From Microcoleus sp. GA_180221_E-2-1-MAG-45_12 (GTDB taxonomy: Bacteria; Cyanobacteriota; Cyanobacteriia; Cyanobacteriales; JAAUUE01), in contig JAIMKT010000019.1 in NCBI GenBank assembly GCA_020692245.1, positions 10,659 through 55,511 on the forward strand: 44,853 nucleotides of DNA, read 5' to 3'. The translations under genes were made by a program, and so were the position numbers. The notes beneath the pieces are model-generated. The model had not been told where the DNA came from and ran no database searches. It saw nothing but the letters and a program-made list of their open reading frames with translations. The first letter of the stretch is position 1; each line of letters opens with the position of its first letter. Shown piece by piece: positions 9,236 to 18,329 of the stretch.

Positions 9236-9931
9236 TTAATCATCATTAAATAAACCCAACAATGGAGCAAGGATAACCCCATAGACAAAGCCGCCAGCGT
9301 GCGCCCAATAAGCCACACCCCCTTCCTCCATACCCACATGAGCAGTGGTTTCTAGCATGGCAACACCACTAAATAGTTGCTGGACAAACCAAAATCCGAG
9401 GAAGAAAATGGCGGGAATCCTTGGAAAAAAGGGAAATATGCCGATCGGCACAAAGGTAACAATTACTGCTCTGGGAAACTTGAGGACGTAGGCGCCCAAA
9501 ACTCCGGCGATCGCCCCACTTGCCCCCAAGGAGGGAATTACTGATTGAGCCGAGAAATACCATTGAGTGAAACCAGCCAAAACTCCACAGAGGAGGTAGA
9601 AAACTAGATACTTAAAGCCACCTAATTCTTCTTCAATGTTGTTACCAAAAATCCACAGAAACCACATATTAAAGCCTACATGGGCAAATCCCGCATGGAG
9701 AAACTGGCTCGTGATCAAGGTCAGCGGTTCTGGAATGGGCTGGTTGATGGCTCCTCCTTGCAATTCTAGGGTCAATTCCTTAGGGATGATGGCAAAGACT
9801 TGGAGAAATCCTTGTAATTCTGCGGGGCTGAGGGTAAGTTCATAGCCAAATACCAGTAGATTAATAATAATCAGGGCATAGGTGACGTAGGGAGTGATGT
9901 GGATTGGGTTTTCATCCTTGAGAGGAACCAT
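9236..9931 (-). CDS. Rhomboid family intramembrane serine protease
   Basis: FLHAGFAHVGFNMWFLWIFG, GASGAIAGV (catalytic Ser), VAYWAHAGG (catalytic His). Confidence 0.93.
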   Translation of the reverse strand: MVPLKDENPIHITPYVTYALIIINLLVFGYELTLSPAELQGFLQVFAIIPKELTLELQGGAINQPIPEPLTLITSQFLHAGFAHVGFNMWFLWIFGNNIEEELGGFKYLVFYLLCGVLAGFTQWYFSAQSVIPSLGASGAIAGVLGAYVLKFPRAVIVTFVPIGIFPFFPRIPAIFFLGFWFVQQLFSGVAMLETTAHVGMEEGGVAYWAHAGGFVYGVILAPLLGLFNDD

Positions 9932-10108
9932 AGGACTACCTTGGGTTTTAGGATTGAATTTTAGGAATTGATGATTGAGAAATTATTGATAAATTATTGA
10001 GGATCGAGAAGAAATTGAGGATTGGAGATGGAATATTGGCGATCGTGTCAGTGGTCATGATTGAAATGTTATCATTAGTTCGGTTATGAAGTTATTTGAG
10101 AAGTTGAT

Positions 10109-10174
10109 CGTGAATCGATCGTAAACCCATCGTGAATATATTGTGAATCTATTGTGAATCTATTGTGAATCTAA
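10109..10174. repeat. Six tandem imperfect 11-bp repeats
   Basis: CGTGAATCGAT CGTAAACCCAT CGTGAATATAT TGTGAATCTAT TGTGAATCTAT TGTGAATCTAA. Confidence 0.8.
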
Positions 10175-10178
10175 GGCT

Positions 10179-10382
10179 ATGCAAGAATTTTTTAATAATG
10201 TATCTCGTTATCCCCGCTATTTTATTACCTTTACCCTAGGGATATTTTTTGCTTTGTTTGAGTGGCTCAAGCCCTTGTTTCAAAAGCCAGTAACAGCGAT
10301 CGCCCTCATCGGGTTTTTTATCGGCGGAGCCTTGTTCATCAGTTTTACCCTCCGGGCTATGCTGGGTTTATCCCCGGTTTAG
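10179..10382 (+). CDS. DUF751 family small membrane protein
   Basis: FFNNVSRYPRYFITFTLG...FTLRAMLG; usual position upstream of rbfA in cyanobacteria. Confidence 0.85.
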   Translation: MQEFFNNVSRYPRYFITFTLGIFFALFEWLKPLFQKPVTAIALIGFFIGGALFISFTLRAMLGLSPV

Positions 10383-10449
10383 ATTAGTTTGTAAGTTATT
10401 TTGTAAGTTCGTTTAAGTTAATTTTTAGGTTAGTTTTAGGTAAAAAGTT

Positions 10450-10953
10450 ATGGCTACAGATCGTCGTGTGTCCCGTGTGGCAGCAAGTATTAAGCGGGAA
10501 ATTAGTCAGATGTTGATGCAAGACATCAAGGACGATCGAGTCGGCACAGGTATGGTCAGTGTAACCGAGGTAATTGTCTCTGGAGATTTGCAGCACGCCA
10601 AGATTTATGTGAGCATCTACGGCTCCGAAGAAGCAAAAGCCACCACCCTCGAAGGGCTTGCCTCAGCCAAGGGTTATGTCCGCAGTGAACTGGGCAGAAG
10701 AATACGTCTCCGGCGGACTCCAGAAATTTCTTTTCTCCACGACCTTTCTCTAGAGCGGGGAACTAATATGGTTAATCTCCTCAATCAATTGAGCTATGAG
10801 CGATCGCTGGTAGAAGCCAATTCTGAACAAGATTCTCCCATAGAATTAGACGATGAACTTGATGATGAACTTGATGATGAACTTGATGATGAACTTGATG
10901 ATGAACTTGATGATGAACTTGATGATGATCTCCTTGAAACCGAAGAAGATTAA
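10450..10953 (+). CDS. rbfA: Ribosome-binding factor A with acidic repeat tail
   Basis: [46 protein letters not shown]. Confidence 0.95.
   Translation: MATDRRVSRVAASIKREISQMLMQDIKDDRVGTGMVSVTEVIVSGDLQHAKIYVSIYGSEEAKATTLEGLASAKGYVRSELGRRIRLRRTPEISFLHDLSLERGTNMVNLLNQLSYERSLVEANSEQDSPIELDDELDDELDDELDDELDDELDDELDDDLLETEED
10843..10926 (+). repeat. 12-bp coding tandem repeat (ELDD)x7 in rbfA
   Basis: GAATTAGACGAT followed by (GAACTTGATGAT)x6. Confidence 0.95.
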
Positions 10954-11058
10954 GATATTTAATAAATAATAATTTTTGATACTAATTTTATTAATTAATT
11001 TTCATCAATCAGATTATCTCTAGAACTTTGATATTAATTTGATTTTTATAGCTCTTTT

Positions 11059-12699
11059 ATGAGTCAACAACTACCCAATTTAGAAAAGCTATCTTTACCT
11101 CAATTAGTAGCTCAAATGTTTGTGGTGCGGGCTTCTGGTTATTTATTTGATCATCAGATTCAGTATCCAGCTTGGGAGCCACCACGGGAAAAGTTGCGGC
11201 ATTTGGTGGCAGACCTCGGTGTGGGGGGAGTGATTTTTCTGGGGGGGAGTGCGGCGGAACTGAGCTTGCGGATTCAGGAGTTGCAATCTTGGGCAGAGAT
11301 TCCCCTGTTAACGGCGGCAGATATTGAAGAAGGCGTGGGGCAGCGCTTTAGTGGGGCAACTTGGTTTCCCCCGCCCATGGCTCTGGGAGCGATCGACCAA
11401 ACTGACTCTACCTTGGCTGGGGATTATGCCTATCAGATGGGGGCAGTAACTGCAAAAGAGGCGCGGGCGATCGGGTTGAACTGGGTCTTGGCTCCGGTGG
11501 TCGATGTGAATAATAATCCAGATAATCCGGTGATTAATGTCCGGGCGTTTGGAGAAGACGCTGCTACTGTAACAAGGCTAACTCAGGCGTTTATTCGGGG
11601 CTGTCAAAATTACCCAGTACTAACCACTGCGAAGCATTTTCCGGGGCATGGAGATACGGCGGTGGATTCCCATCTAGAATTGCCCGTGCTGTCCCATAGT
11701 CCAGAGCGTTTAGAGTCTTTGGAGATGGTGCCCTTCCGGGGAGCGATCGAGGCGGGGGTGGATAGCATTATGTCGGCTCATTTATTAATTCCCAGTTGGG
11801 ATGCCCAAGCGCCTGCTACCCTTTCTCGATCGATCCTCACGGGGAAACTCCGACAGGAATTAGGCTTTGGGGGGTTGATCGTCACCGATGCCCTAATTAT
11901 GGGGGGAATTGCCAACACTTACGGAGCCACGGAAGCCCCAGTATTAGCAGTGGAAGCAGGGGCAGATATTTTGTTAATGCCAGCGGATCCTGAAGGGGCG
12001 ATCGAGGCTCTGGTAGTAGCAGTGGAAACAGGGAGAATATCCCTAGAGAGAATCCATCAAAGTGTGTTGAGAATTTGGCAAGCTAAACAAAAAATATTTT
12101 CTGTAGTTCCATCTAAACCCCAAGTAAGTCCTACTATTCCTCTGACTCTTCATCTGGCTCAACCCCAAAGTTTGACGATCGCGGGAGAAATTATCCGTAA
12201 ATCTTTGGTAGTCCACGGTAGTTTGTCAAGGGATTATGACAAAAATAGTGAAGCTCCTCCGCAACATAAGTTAATACTCCGCAACCTGATCTACACAGAT
12301 GAGGCGATCGATTGCGATTTCCTCAGCCGCCAATCTCCCGCCATTGCTATCCCCAAATCCCTTGACTATCAACTGCAAATCATCGATCAATACAGTGGCT
12401 ACATCCCTTGTCTGGAGAGCAGTTCAGAGGGACAGACTGCAACCTCTAGCCAAACCTTGCTCCAGCTATTTATTCGGGGAAATCCCTTCCGGGGCAGTGC
12501 TGGAGCGACAAGTGCTGCTGAAAATCTTGTGAAAAAATTGTTACAAATAGAGGAGTTACAAGCTTTGGTCATCTATGGCAGTCCCTACGTTTATCAAAAA
12601 TTTAGAAATCTATTGCCAGACACTTTACCTAGTATATTCACGTATGCCCAAACTCCTCTAGCCCAAGCTCTTGTTCTAGAAACTTTATTTCCACTTTAG
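11059..12699 (+). CDS. Glycoside hydrolase family 3 (NagZ-like beta-N-acetylglucosaminidase)
   Basis: AADIEEG, APVVDVNNNPDNPVINVRAFG, KHFPGHGDTAVDSH, IVTDALIMG. Confidence 0.9.
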   Translation: MSQQLPNLEKLSLPQLVAQMFVVRASGYLFDHQIQYPAWEPPREKLRHLVADLGVGGVIFLGGSAAELSLRIQELQSWAEIPLLTAADIEEGVGQRFSGATWFPPPMALGAIDQTDSTLAGDYAYQMGAVTAKEARAIGLNWVLAPVVDVNNNPDNPVINVRAFGEDAATVTRLTQAFIRGCQNYPVLTTAKHFPGHGDTAVDSHLELPVLSHSPERLESLEMVPFRGAIEAGVDSIMSAHLLIPSWDAQAPATLSRSILTGKLRQELGFGGLIVTDALIMGGIANTYGATEAPVLAVEAGADILLMPADPEGAIEALVVAVETGRISLERIHQSVLRIWQAKQKIFSVVPSKPQVSPTIPLTLHLAQPQSLTIAGEIIRKSLVVHGSLSRDYDKNSEAPPQHKLILRNLIYTDEAIDCDFLSRQSPAIAIPKSLDYQLQIIDQYSGYIPCLESSSEGQTATSSQTLLQLFIRGNPFRGSAGATSAAENLVKKLLQIEELQALVIYGSPYVYQKFRNLLPDTLPSIFTYAQTPLAQALVLETLFPL

Positions 12700-12752
12700 C
12701 GATGCAAATATTGCAAGAAATCATTACAGTGTGTAATTTATCTCATTAGTTT

Positions 12753-12766
12753 GTAAGTTTGTATAC
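12753..12766 (+). promoter_or_regulatory. Putative NtcA box upstream of DUF4327 gene
   Basis: Perfect GTA-N8-TAC: GTAAGTTTGTATAC; TATACT at 12804-12809 lies further away than the usual class II spacing. Confidence 0.5.
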
Positions 12767-12860
12767 TAAAAATATTTGTTGCTCACGCTAAGAAAATTTG
12801 ATCTATACTACTCAATAAGATCATTAAGACTAAAATTTATTAAGTCCAAGGTCAAATCTT

Positions 12861-13211
12861 ATGAGTACGCCAACATTATCCGTCAAACCAATCGCAGCTA
12901 CTACTTCCCCAGTATCCTCTATGCCAGCTATTTCGTCGGCTCCAATTGCTATACCTGTTATACCTAATTCATCCTCTACATCTATATCCACTATGTCCCC
13001 TGTACAGTACTCGATCGATGTGCTACAGGAGGAAGCTCGTCACTTGGTAGAAAAAGGCGTAGTCAGCCGCCAACAGCCCATCTATGTCCTCTGCGAATAT
13101 ATTCCGGCTCGGGACTGGGTGTGCGTGGAATATGAGCTAGAACGCTGCGACTTTCTCCTTCGCGATCGTATTGCCGATCTCGTGGGTTCAGAAGTTTGGG
13201 ACAATGACTAA
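12861..13211 (+). CDS. DUF4327 family protein (start may be ATG 12993)
   Basis: YSIDVLQEEARHLV..G.VSRQQPIYVLCEYIPARDW..VE.ELE..DFLLRDRIADL...E.WDND. Confidence 0.85.
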   Translation: MSTPTLSVKPIAATTSPVSSMPAISSAPIAIPVIPNSSSTSISTMSPVQYSIDVLQEEARHLVEKGVVSRQQPIYVLCEYIPARDWVCVEYELERCDFLLRDRIADLVGSEVWDND

Positions 13212-13377
13212 TCAGTGAGCAGTTATCAGTGAGCAGTTACCAGTTATCAGTAAATAGTTATTAGTAAATGGTTATTGGGCTATTGATGAATATTTAATAA
13301 TATTTGGGAGTATTTTGGTGATAAATACTTATCAGCTTTTATTAGCTAACGCTTATTGGTTAACTGCCACTGATTAG
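13208..13377. repeat. STRR heptamer array with distal inverted copy
   Basis: CTAATCAGTGAGCAGTTATCAGTGAGCAGTTACCAGTTATCAGTAAA...; TAACTGCCACTGATTAG (13361-13377) is the reverse complement of the left end with a 1-nt gap. Confidence 0.75.
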
Positions 13378-13404
13378 GTATTAACTTAGATATTAATTCG
13401 GACA

Positions 13405-13767
13405 TTAATCTGGTTGGGAATTTCGTAATTTCTCTAGCTCCGATCGCAGGTCGGCAATTTTATCTGTGAGTTCTTCTACGGATTGCTGGGCATCGGGAGA
13501 GGTAGTTTCTCCTTCACTATCAGAGGTTGTCGGGCTACCTGCTCCCTGTTGCTTGAGCATGGAATCAATAAAGCTCCGGGCTTCCAACTCGGTCATCTCT
13601 CCCTTGGCTACCCATTCCTGCACCTTTTCTTGGAGTTCGGCTTGGAGGACAGTGAGACTTTCCTGCCGTTTTTGGGGATCTTGTAGAGTTTCCAGAATGC
13701 TGGCGGTTGCCCCGAGGGAAATTCTTAAACCAGTTTGCAGAGATTGCCAGAGAGCATCAGTATTCAT
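13405..13767 (-). CDS. Hypothetical coiled-coil, phasin-like protein
   Basis: GLRISLGATASILETLQDP...W.AKGEMTELEARSFID...C-terminal coiled coil. Confidence 0.7.
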   Translation of the reverse strand: MNTDALWQSLQTGLRISLGATASILETLQDPQKRQESLTVLQAELQEKVQEWVAKGEMTELEARSFIDSMLKQQGAGSPTTSDSEGETTSPDAQQSVEELTDKIADLRSELEKLRNSQPD

Positions 13768-13967
13768 AGATTTGTAGATTTTGTGAGATTTAGATTAATA
13801 GATTGATTTTGATAATTAGCGTTTCGAGTCCATTATAATAGATAGCCACCAAACCAATTTCTCTAGATTTTAGAGTCTTATCTTTAGATTTTTGATTTAG
13901 ATTCTGGGGAATGGGGAATATCAAGGTCGATCGCCATCGATCGCTACCCATCGCTAATTTTCTCCCT

Positions 13968-14846
13968 ATGACTCCAACTACAAAGCCCAATGCAAATCCT
14001 ACGGCTGTATTATTAGTTTCCTGCCCAGACCAAAAGGGGCTAGTTGCGAAAATTGCCAATTTTATCTATGCCAACGGTGGCAACGTCATCCATGCAGATC
14101 AGCATACCGATAGTGTCGCTGGTTTGTTTTTAACGAGAATCGAGTGGGAATTAGAGGGATTTAATCTGCCACGGGAAGTCATAGCTCCAGCTTTTCAGGC
14201 GATCGCTCAACCCCTAGAGGCAACTTGGCGACTCCATTTTTCTGATGCTATTTCTCGCATGGCGATCTGGGTGAGCAAACAGGATCACTGTCTCTATGAT
14301 TTGCTATGGCGGCATAAGGCACGGGAATTCCCAGCAAAAATTCCTTTAATTATTAGTAATCATCCTAATTTAGGCGACATTGCCACCCAATTTGGCATTG
14401 ATTACCATTACCTGCCAATTACAAAAGAAACTAAGTTAGAGCAAGAAACCAAACAACTGGCTCTGCTAGAAGAATATGCGATCGATGTGGTAGTTTTAGC
14501 TAAATATATGCAGGTGATTAGCGAAGATTTTATTAATCAATTCTCAAAACCAATTATTAATATTCACCATTCTTTTTTGCCAGCTTTTGTCGGTGCTAGT
14601 CCCTATCAACAGGCTTACGATCGAGGGGTAAAAATCATCGGGGCAACAGGGCATTATGTCACCAAAGAATTAGATGCTGGCCCAATCATTGAACAGGATG
14701 TCGTCCGAGTTAGCCATCGAGATCAAGTGATAGATTTAGTTCGCAAAGGTAAAGATTTGGAACGAGTTGTGTTAGCAAGAGCGGTGCGATCGCATTTACA
14801 AAATCGGGTCTTGGTTTATGGGAATCGGACGGTAGTTTTTGAATAG
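13968..14846 (+). CDS. purU: Formyltetrahydrofolate deformylase
   Basis: ACT SCPDQKGLVA, VSKQDHCLYDLL, ISNH, VLAKYMQV, NIHHSFLPAFVGASPY, GVKIIGATGHY, LDAGPIIEQDV; ATG 13968 preferred (track gives 13911). Confidence 0.96.
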   Translation: MTPTTKPNANPTAVLLVSCPDQKGLVAKIANFIYANGGNVIHADQHTDSVAGLFLTRIEWELEGFNLPREVIAPAFQAIAQPLEATWRLHFSDAISRMAIWVSKQDHCLYDLLWRHKAREFPAKIPLIISNHPNLGDIATQFGIDYHYLPITKETKLEQETKQLALLEEYAIDVVVLAKYMQVISEDFINQFSKPIINIHHSFLPAFVGASPYQQAYDRGVKIIGATGHYVTKELDAGPIIEQDVVRVSHRDQVIDLVRKGKDLERVVLARAVRSHLQNRVLVYGNRTVVFE

Positions 14847-14895
14847 TTTTTGAGTAGCTTAGAAAAATCTTAAATATTTTTAGATCAGAAGAATT

Positions 14896-15276
14896 ATGAA
14901 TTGGCAATGTACAGAGGCTTTTGTGGCTTTGGGGTCGATCGACCTAGATAAATTAGTTATTTTTTATACTCAACTCTTCGGGCAAAATCCTCAACCCTAT
15001 CAACCCAAAATCTACGCCGAATACCACCTGCCGGGGCTACGTCTCGCTATTTTTGTCCCCAAACCTGACCATGAATTAGAATTTGGGCAATCTAGACAAT
15101 CCAAAACTGGCAGCATGAGTATTTGTCTTCAGGTATCAGATTTAGAGCAGGTAATCAGAGAATTAGAAGTAATGAGCTATCCCCTAGGTAATATAATTAC
15201 AGCTAGTCATGGCAGGGAGTTATACATCTACGATCCCGATGGCAACCGCTTAATTTTCTATGAACCAAAACTATAA
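14896..15276 (+). CDS. VOC/glyoxalase family protein
   Basis: FY..LFG, ICLQVSDLE, SHGRELYIYDPDGNRL. Confidence 0.88.
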   Translation: MNWQCTEAFVALGSIDLDKLVIFYTQLFGQNPQPYQPKIYAEYHLPGLRLAIFVPKPDHELEFGQSRQSKTGSMSICLQVSDLEQVIRELEVMSYPLGNIITASHGRELYIYDPDGNRLIFYEPKL

Positions 15277-15325
15277 CTTCTTTAAAAAATCTATTAGATG
15301 AAGCTCGATCGAGAAATAAATACAC

Positions 15326-15370
15326 AAAAATAGCGATCGCCCTTATCAAAACTGATAGGTATGCGATCGC
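15326..15370 (-). terminator. Terminator of rpsU whose stem uses two HIP1 sites
   Basis: AAAAATA-GCGATCGC-CCTTATCA-AAAC-TGATAGG-TAT-GCGATCGC; reads as hairpin plus U-tract on the minus strand. Confidence 0.65.
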
Positions 15371-15434
15371 CCTGAGGAAGCTAACTTAATTTGAGTTAAA
15401 TTAATTTGACAACTCGAAGCACTAAGCCCCTGCC

Positions 15435-15614
15435 CTAATTGTGCCAGCGTTTTTTCCGGCGAGCTTCTTCTTTCCGCTTCTTTTTTTCTAGAGGAGTTTC
15501 AAAGTGGCGGTGTCTCCGAACTTCTGTCAGAATTCCAGCCTTAGATACTTGACGCTTAAAGCGGCGCAGGGCTGAATCAATGCCCTCATTTTGTCCAACA
15601 ACGACTTGGGTCAT
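15435..15614 (-). CDS. rpsU: 30S ribosomal protein S21
   Basis: Manual translation [59 protein letters not shown] (59 aa); missed by ORF track. Confidence 0.97.
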   Translation of the reverse strand: MTQVVVGQNEGIDSALRRFKRQVSKAGILTEVRRHRHFETPLEKKKRKEEARRKKRWHN

Positions 15615-15714
15615 TCTTTACTACTCTTTAATGTAATGATTAATTTTTTGTCTAATGATTAGTCCTTATCTAGCTTATCACACGATCGAGCATCTAATTC
15701 ATATCTTGCAACGA

Positions 15715-16674
15715 CTAGAAAAACCACTGGATCGGATTTTGATCTAGATGATCTGTCACCGTGCTGCCGATCGCCACGATTCGAGCCAAATCTTCTGGGC
15801 TGATGGTTAAATCTCCAGCTTGGGCATTTTCTTGGGCTTGCTCAGGGGATCTAGCTCCCACGATCGCACTAGTTTGGGGGCGAGTAATTAACCATGCAAG
15901 GGCAAGCTGTCCAAGGGTACATTCATAAGTGGCAGCAAGGGGACGGAGGGCGGCGATCGCTTCTTGCACCCGTTGATAGTTGGCTGGTTCCCGGAGGCGG
16001 TGCTTCGATCGAATATCACCCTCAGCAAACTGATGATCTGCCCCGAATTTCCCCGTCAGGAACCCTTGGGCAAGGGGAGAATAGGCAAGAATGGAGATAT
16101 TTTCGGCAAGGCAGTAGGGCTGGAGTTCGGTTTCTGCCCAGCGCCAAAAGAGGGAATAGGGGGGCTGAATACTATCAATTCTCCCGTATTGGCACGCCTC
16201 CTGTAGTTGGCTCAGAGAAAAGTTCGACACGCCGATAGAGCGGATTTTTCCTTGGCTTTGGAGCAAATTCAGCGCCGTCATGGTTTCCTCAAGGGGGACA
16301 ATTTCACTATTAAAAGCCCCGCTTGGCCAGTGGATTTGGTAGAGATCAAGATAATCAGTTTGGAGATTTTGCAGCGATCGTTCACAGGCAGCAATTACCT
16401 GATCCGGTTTTAAGTGGTTGGGAAACACCTTAGAAGCATAAACTAACTGATCTCGCTGTCCTGCCAGAGCTTCACCCACAATCCGCTCAGAGTGACCATC
16501 CCCATAGATCTCTGCCGTATCGATCGTGGTAATTCCTGCCGCCACTGCTGCTTGGAGGGCTTGGATACTCTCTGCATCTTCAATGCCAACCCAGTTCCGC
16601 TTTCCCGCCTGCCAAGTCCCCATAATAATCGCCGTAATGGCAATCCCTGATTTCCCCAACAATCTCTTTTCCAT
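15715..16674 (-). CDS. Aldo/keto reductase
   Basis: IDTAEIYGDGHSE, SL.NLQTDYLDLYQIHWP, GKIRSIGVSNF, YSPLAQGFLTGK. Confidence 0.94.
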   Translation of the reverse strand: MEKRLLGKSGIAITAIIMGTWQAGKRNWVGIEDAESIQALQAAVAAGITTIDTAEIYGDGHSERIVGEALAGQRDQLVYASKVFPNHLKPDQVIAACERSLQNLQTDYLDLYQIHWPSGAFNSEIVPLEETMTALNLLQSQGKIRSIGVSNFSLSQLQEACQYGRIDSIQPPYSLFWRWAETELQPYCLAENISILAYSPLAQGFLTGKFGADHQFAEGDIRSKHRLREPANYQRVQEAIAALRPLAATYECTLGQLALAWLITRPQTSAIVGARSPEQAQENAQAGDLTISPEDLARIVAIGSTVTDHLDQNPIQWFF

Positions 16675-16801
16675 AACTTCCTGTAGATATTGCCTAGATA
16701 TTGCTCAGATATTATCCTCTAACTTTAAAACTATGCCTAAAAATCACCTAAAATCATTAAGGTCAATGATATTTCCCTCCATTCTTGTAATTTCTTAATC
16801 T

Positions 16802-17131
16802 ATGCACGCCCTCTCAATTCCCACTTGGATTATTCATATTTCTAGCGTTTTGGAATGGATTGTTGCCATTGGGTTAATCTGGCGGTATGGGGAAGTGACG
16901 GGCGATCGAGCTTGGTTTGCCCTTGCCTACGGAATGCTGCCCGCCTTGGTGAGTGCTATGTGTGCCTGTACATGGCATTTCTTTGATAATAGCCCTGATC
17001 TTGAATGGTTGGTAACTCTCCAAGCAGCGATGACTGTCCTCGGCAATTGTACTTTTTGTCTGGCTGGCTGGTGGATCTGGCGACACCGGGATCAGATTAA
17101 ACCAGATAATAATTCAGATAATTCAGATTAA
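16802..17131 (+). CDS. ycf49: Ycf49 / DUF2499 membrane protein
   Basis: MHALSIPTWIIHISSVLEW...MLPALVSAMCACTWHFFDN...LVTLQAAMT. Confidence 0.88.
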   Translation: MHALSIPTWIIHISSVLEWIVAIGLIWRYGEVTGDRAWFALAYGMLPALVSAMCACTWHFFDNSPDLEWLVTLQAAMTVLGNCTFCLAGWWIWRHRDQIKPDNNSDNSD

Positions 17132-17334
17132 ATTAAAGCTAGATTAATTCTTGGGTTAATTATGAGTTTAATTACAGGATTAATCACCTAATTCATAAAA
17201 ATTTATCACCGGACTCGATCGCCTCAACTAGCATCAACTAAAATTAAGAGCAGTTATTTCCCCTTGCGCCCAAAATTCCCCAAGTTTGCAACGTTCCCCA
17301 AGAATTAATTAATTCCCCTAACCCCAGATCGATC

Positions 17335-17607
17335 GTGTTTCATCTCCTCCAGTCCATTCTCCAGTTTTGCCGTCCTTTTCTAGTGCCGACCTGCTTCCTT
17401 GTGACTTGGTGGCTCATTGCCTTCAGCCTAGTTTCTCTCTATCGCACTGGCAAAAATGGCATCCGTCAAATCCAACAGCTACACAGTATTCCCTGTAGTG
17501 GGTGTGAATTTTTTACCAATGATTATCGACTCAAATGCACAGTGCATCCAGATACCGCCAATTCTGATGTCGCCATTAGCTGCCCCGACTTCTGCCCCAG
17601 AAGGTAA
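17335..17607 (+). CDS. Conserved cyanobacterial membrane protein with Cys-rich C-terminus
   Basis: TM helix then LHSIPCSGCEFFTNDYRLKCTVHP...CPDF. Confidence 0.75.
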   Translation: MFHLLQSILQFCRPFLVPTCFLVTWWLIAFSLVSLYRTGKNGIRQIQQLHSIPCSGCEFFTNDYRLKCTVHPDTANSDVAISCPDFCPRR

Positions 17608-17651
17608 GCTACAGCAAAAAAACAGCAAAAAAGGGGATAGAGTTGCGAACC

Positions 17652-17954
17652 CTAACTATTGCTAAACTCTTCGAGAATATCCATCAACTGCATTTGGGCT
17701 TGCATGGGCAGCAGGTCAGCGAGGGGAATTTCCAGCTTGCCGCCCCCCAACTTCACCGGGGTATTGCGGAGAATGTGTAACACTTGGTCTTCTTGGAGAT
17801 CATCAGCTAGGAGGGGATAAAGCTGGTCTGCCAAAAAAGTATGCAGGTGAGCATCCCGGAGATATAGATGCCACTTGGCTACATCCATATACACATTGTC
17901 ACCGATCGCTGCTGCGAGTTGTTCTATTGCTTCTGTATTACTAGATTTTGTCAT
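17652..17954 (-). CDS. DUF3181 family protein
   Basis: IEQLAAAIGDNVYMDVAKWHLYLRDAHL...VKLGGGK...L.DLLP. Confidence 0.85.
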   Translation of the reverse strand: MTKSSNTEAIEQLAAAIGDNVYMDVAKWHLYLRDAHLHTFLADQLYPLLADDLQEDQVLHILRNTPVKLGGGKLEIPLADLLPMQAQMQLMDILEEFSNS

Positions 17955-18205
17955 GGCTTCTTACCATCAGGGGAATAATCGGCGATCGCAAAAATATAAA
18001 CTCCATGCAACACCAAAATTGCACCGGAAACAGCTGTCACCCACACCAACCAATCCCAACTAGTCTGATTCAGGGTATGGAAAAACCACAGCCCAGAATT
18101 GACACAGGAAAAAGCAGCTACATGGGTAGCAAAGGTCATGCGGTCATCGAGACGGCGATATTCAGGGTCTTGGCGATCGGGGATACGAGACCAACGAGGA
18201 GGCAT
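17951..18205 (-). CDS. 2TM domain-containing protein
   Basis: MPPRW...DPEYRRLDDRMTFATHVAAF...NSGLWFF; 4-bp overlap with DUF3181 gene. Confidence 0.82.
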   Translation of the reverse strand: MPPRWSRIPDRQDPEYRRLDDRMTFATHVAAFSCVNSGLWFFHTLNQTSWDWLVWVTAVSGAILVLHGVYIFAIADYSPDGKKP

Positions 18206-18329
18206 AGTAGTTAAAGTTTAAGTGGATAGAATCAATCTTGAATTAGATAGATCTTAACCCAAATCCTTAACTAAAATTCTCTCTCGATGATTATTTGCTG
18301 ATTATTTTTTGAGATTACTCTCCCTAAAT

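Noticed and set aside
10109-10174. Possible CRISPR-like array
   Set aside because: Units are 11 bp and contiguous, with no unique spacers and no cas genes.
12776-12967. 63-aa TTG-start ORF overlapping the DUF4327 promoter
   Set aside because: AT-rich promoter sequence with no RBS or family motif.
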